The translations under genes were made by a program, and so were the position numbers. This document shows positions 63,901 through 64,000 of a stretch of DNA of 64,000 bases, in pieces; within the stretch, counting starts at the first letter, position 1; each line of letters opens with the position of its first letter. The DNA is taken from contig CAWDYC010000003.1 in NCBI GenBank assembly GCA_963806535.1, forward strand, positions 160,001-224,000, written 5' to 3'. The notes under the pieces were generated by a model, which was not told the DNA's origin, did not search any database, and saw nothing but the letters and a program-made list of their open reading frames with translations. The DNA comes from Candidatus Bathyarchaeota archaeon (lineage in GTDB: Archaea; Thermoproteota; Bathyarchaeia; Bathyarchaeales; Bathycorpusculaceae).

Positions 63901-63990
63901 TCTAACTTGCTTTAGTTCTAATGGCATCCAAACAGCCATAAATAAAATGGCTATTAAGAAAAATACCGACCACTTTCTCCGTTTATCCAT
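60970..63990 (-). CDS. large secreted modular protein: PKD-like, PBP-like, dockerin-like, cohesin-like and C-terminal beta-sandwich domains
   Basis: Signal peptide; FDWGDGS; duplicated DGTDFI.F.AAYIKYY with ADINCDG; cohesin-like V.EGGFL...SGVLATLWF; FSDGFESGD. Confidence 0.75.
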   Translation of the reverse strand: MDKRRKWSVFFLIAILFMAVWMPLELKQVRADYYSEPGLTTTPGIQQIIGPSDAQEYGHDEYAGQVVAKVAYSVAYSSNGGYGANLVYVPSILVDAYPGSGQYGSGVMWPMNVKISVSGTNPVSGQMNSQWQFSNLNYASNPAGGGTIYSPNIANMAGFLLTMIPDDGISLSALAYLVQSSDGNGIATGYRSDANGHNGAYIEQDYEPTYTSGSDRVSLQCPFQLIPPTDEFGIYSLNFNFEVTIGYYALPQDNGQDMDTYPIALCTVDYSQTLTYAYFPSSNTGPSILGPYSLFAGVASLVTNTITSNNIVYTKIDSNTLYAFLAYTTANTQDYPLTYVFDWGDGSTNHVSSSHDMYVVAYHRWSTTGYYTVKFTATTNSGQPIGSYSTLPVNVGSQSTPSLSVGCSSSTLFSVASRAASSFPQYYNGLGSGSISGVGVAWDSDNAVYSGVASGLFDVGLVDRPPSIDEWGSMPNLQLWAVGYSGNLPPKGQNLDPMNLLWIITDSNLIRNVGADSAMSVFASYIRNNINDCLTGSGFAALSLADNSGGLDVDSTNNTYAPLPGQTQRIPNGIADGTDFIYFCAAYIKYYAGSGTLNPLADINCDGKVDGTDFIKFVAAYIKYYNPTYSLTKTINQRSLTDDLSAPSGVVSAVEGGANNTVWSVGPSPNPINSTIQVDVRIDNASNIWGWSLPDVSWNSSVMQLLAVQEGGFLANNSVGGSTSFIGDSPDLFDNVNGVLNGGLSEVIRAEATSTSSSGVLATLWFNVTGSGTTDIDLSGATVYADSTDDAGASVSSNNATLTVETPPPIFSDGFESGDFSNWDTYFGNPPSVMPTISTAQAHTGNCSVYFPAKPAYKYAFLTKSVLAQSSLDFRFYMNLADISGSGYFTLAEVDSQSGDYIRPMLNLAANQCRIDYYNCTSHTHYYTYSQTVNVTANTWFSLEIALTSNSFTLYYNAEPVVNGNFNNGSETAFDLISIYSYAYPANGEPAFYIDDVMASTSYIGQ

Positions 63991-64000
63991 TTTATCTCTC

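Overview
This is an archaeal chromosome segment. TFE, Trm56, aMBF1, NAC, archaeal ThrRS and the CTP-dependent riboflavin kinase mark it as archaeal. The many PQQ-propeller/beta-helix surface proteins with Pro/Thr linkers suggest Bathyarchaeia (inference). Single-base frameshifts interrupt many housekeeping genes and look like long-read consensus errors. Core content: the his operon (hisD-C-B-H-A-F-I), an MNT-HEPN toxin-antitoxin pair, central metabolism genes, the tfe/trm56/hflX/mbf1 cluster, nac-pfkB-thrS-ilvE, and large secreted proteins. Highlights: (1) a ~9-kb element integrated in tRNA-Val(TAC) with an SSV1-type split integrase. It carries a TGT + OGG-type glycosylase + QueC + TIR + 3-TM operon beside a QueT transporter, i.e. 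type IV CBASS ancillary genes (Cap10/Cap11/Cap9-like) with no CD-NTase, coupled instead to a ThsB-like TIR with a Gly-rich N-terminus. (2) Eight 7-6-7 palindromic sites delimit the cargo genes of that element like cassettes. (3) An unannotated ~230-nt intergenic RNA candidate has two tandem, covarying pseudoknotted domains. (4) Surface-protein genes are bracketed by direct repeats and share a tandem palindromic operator.
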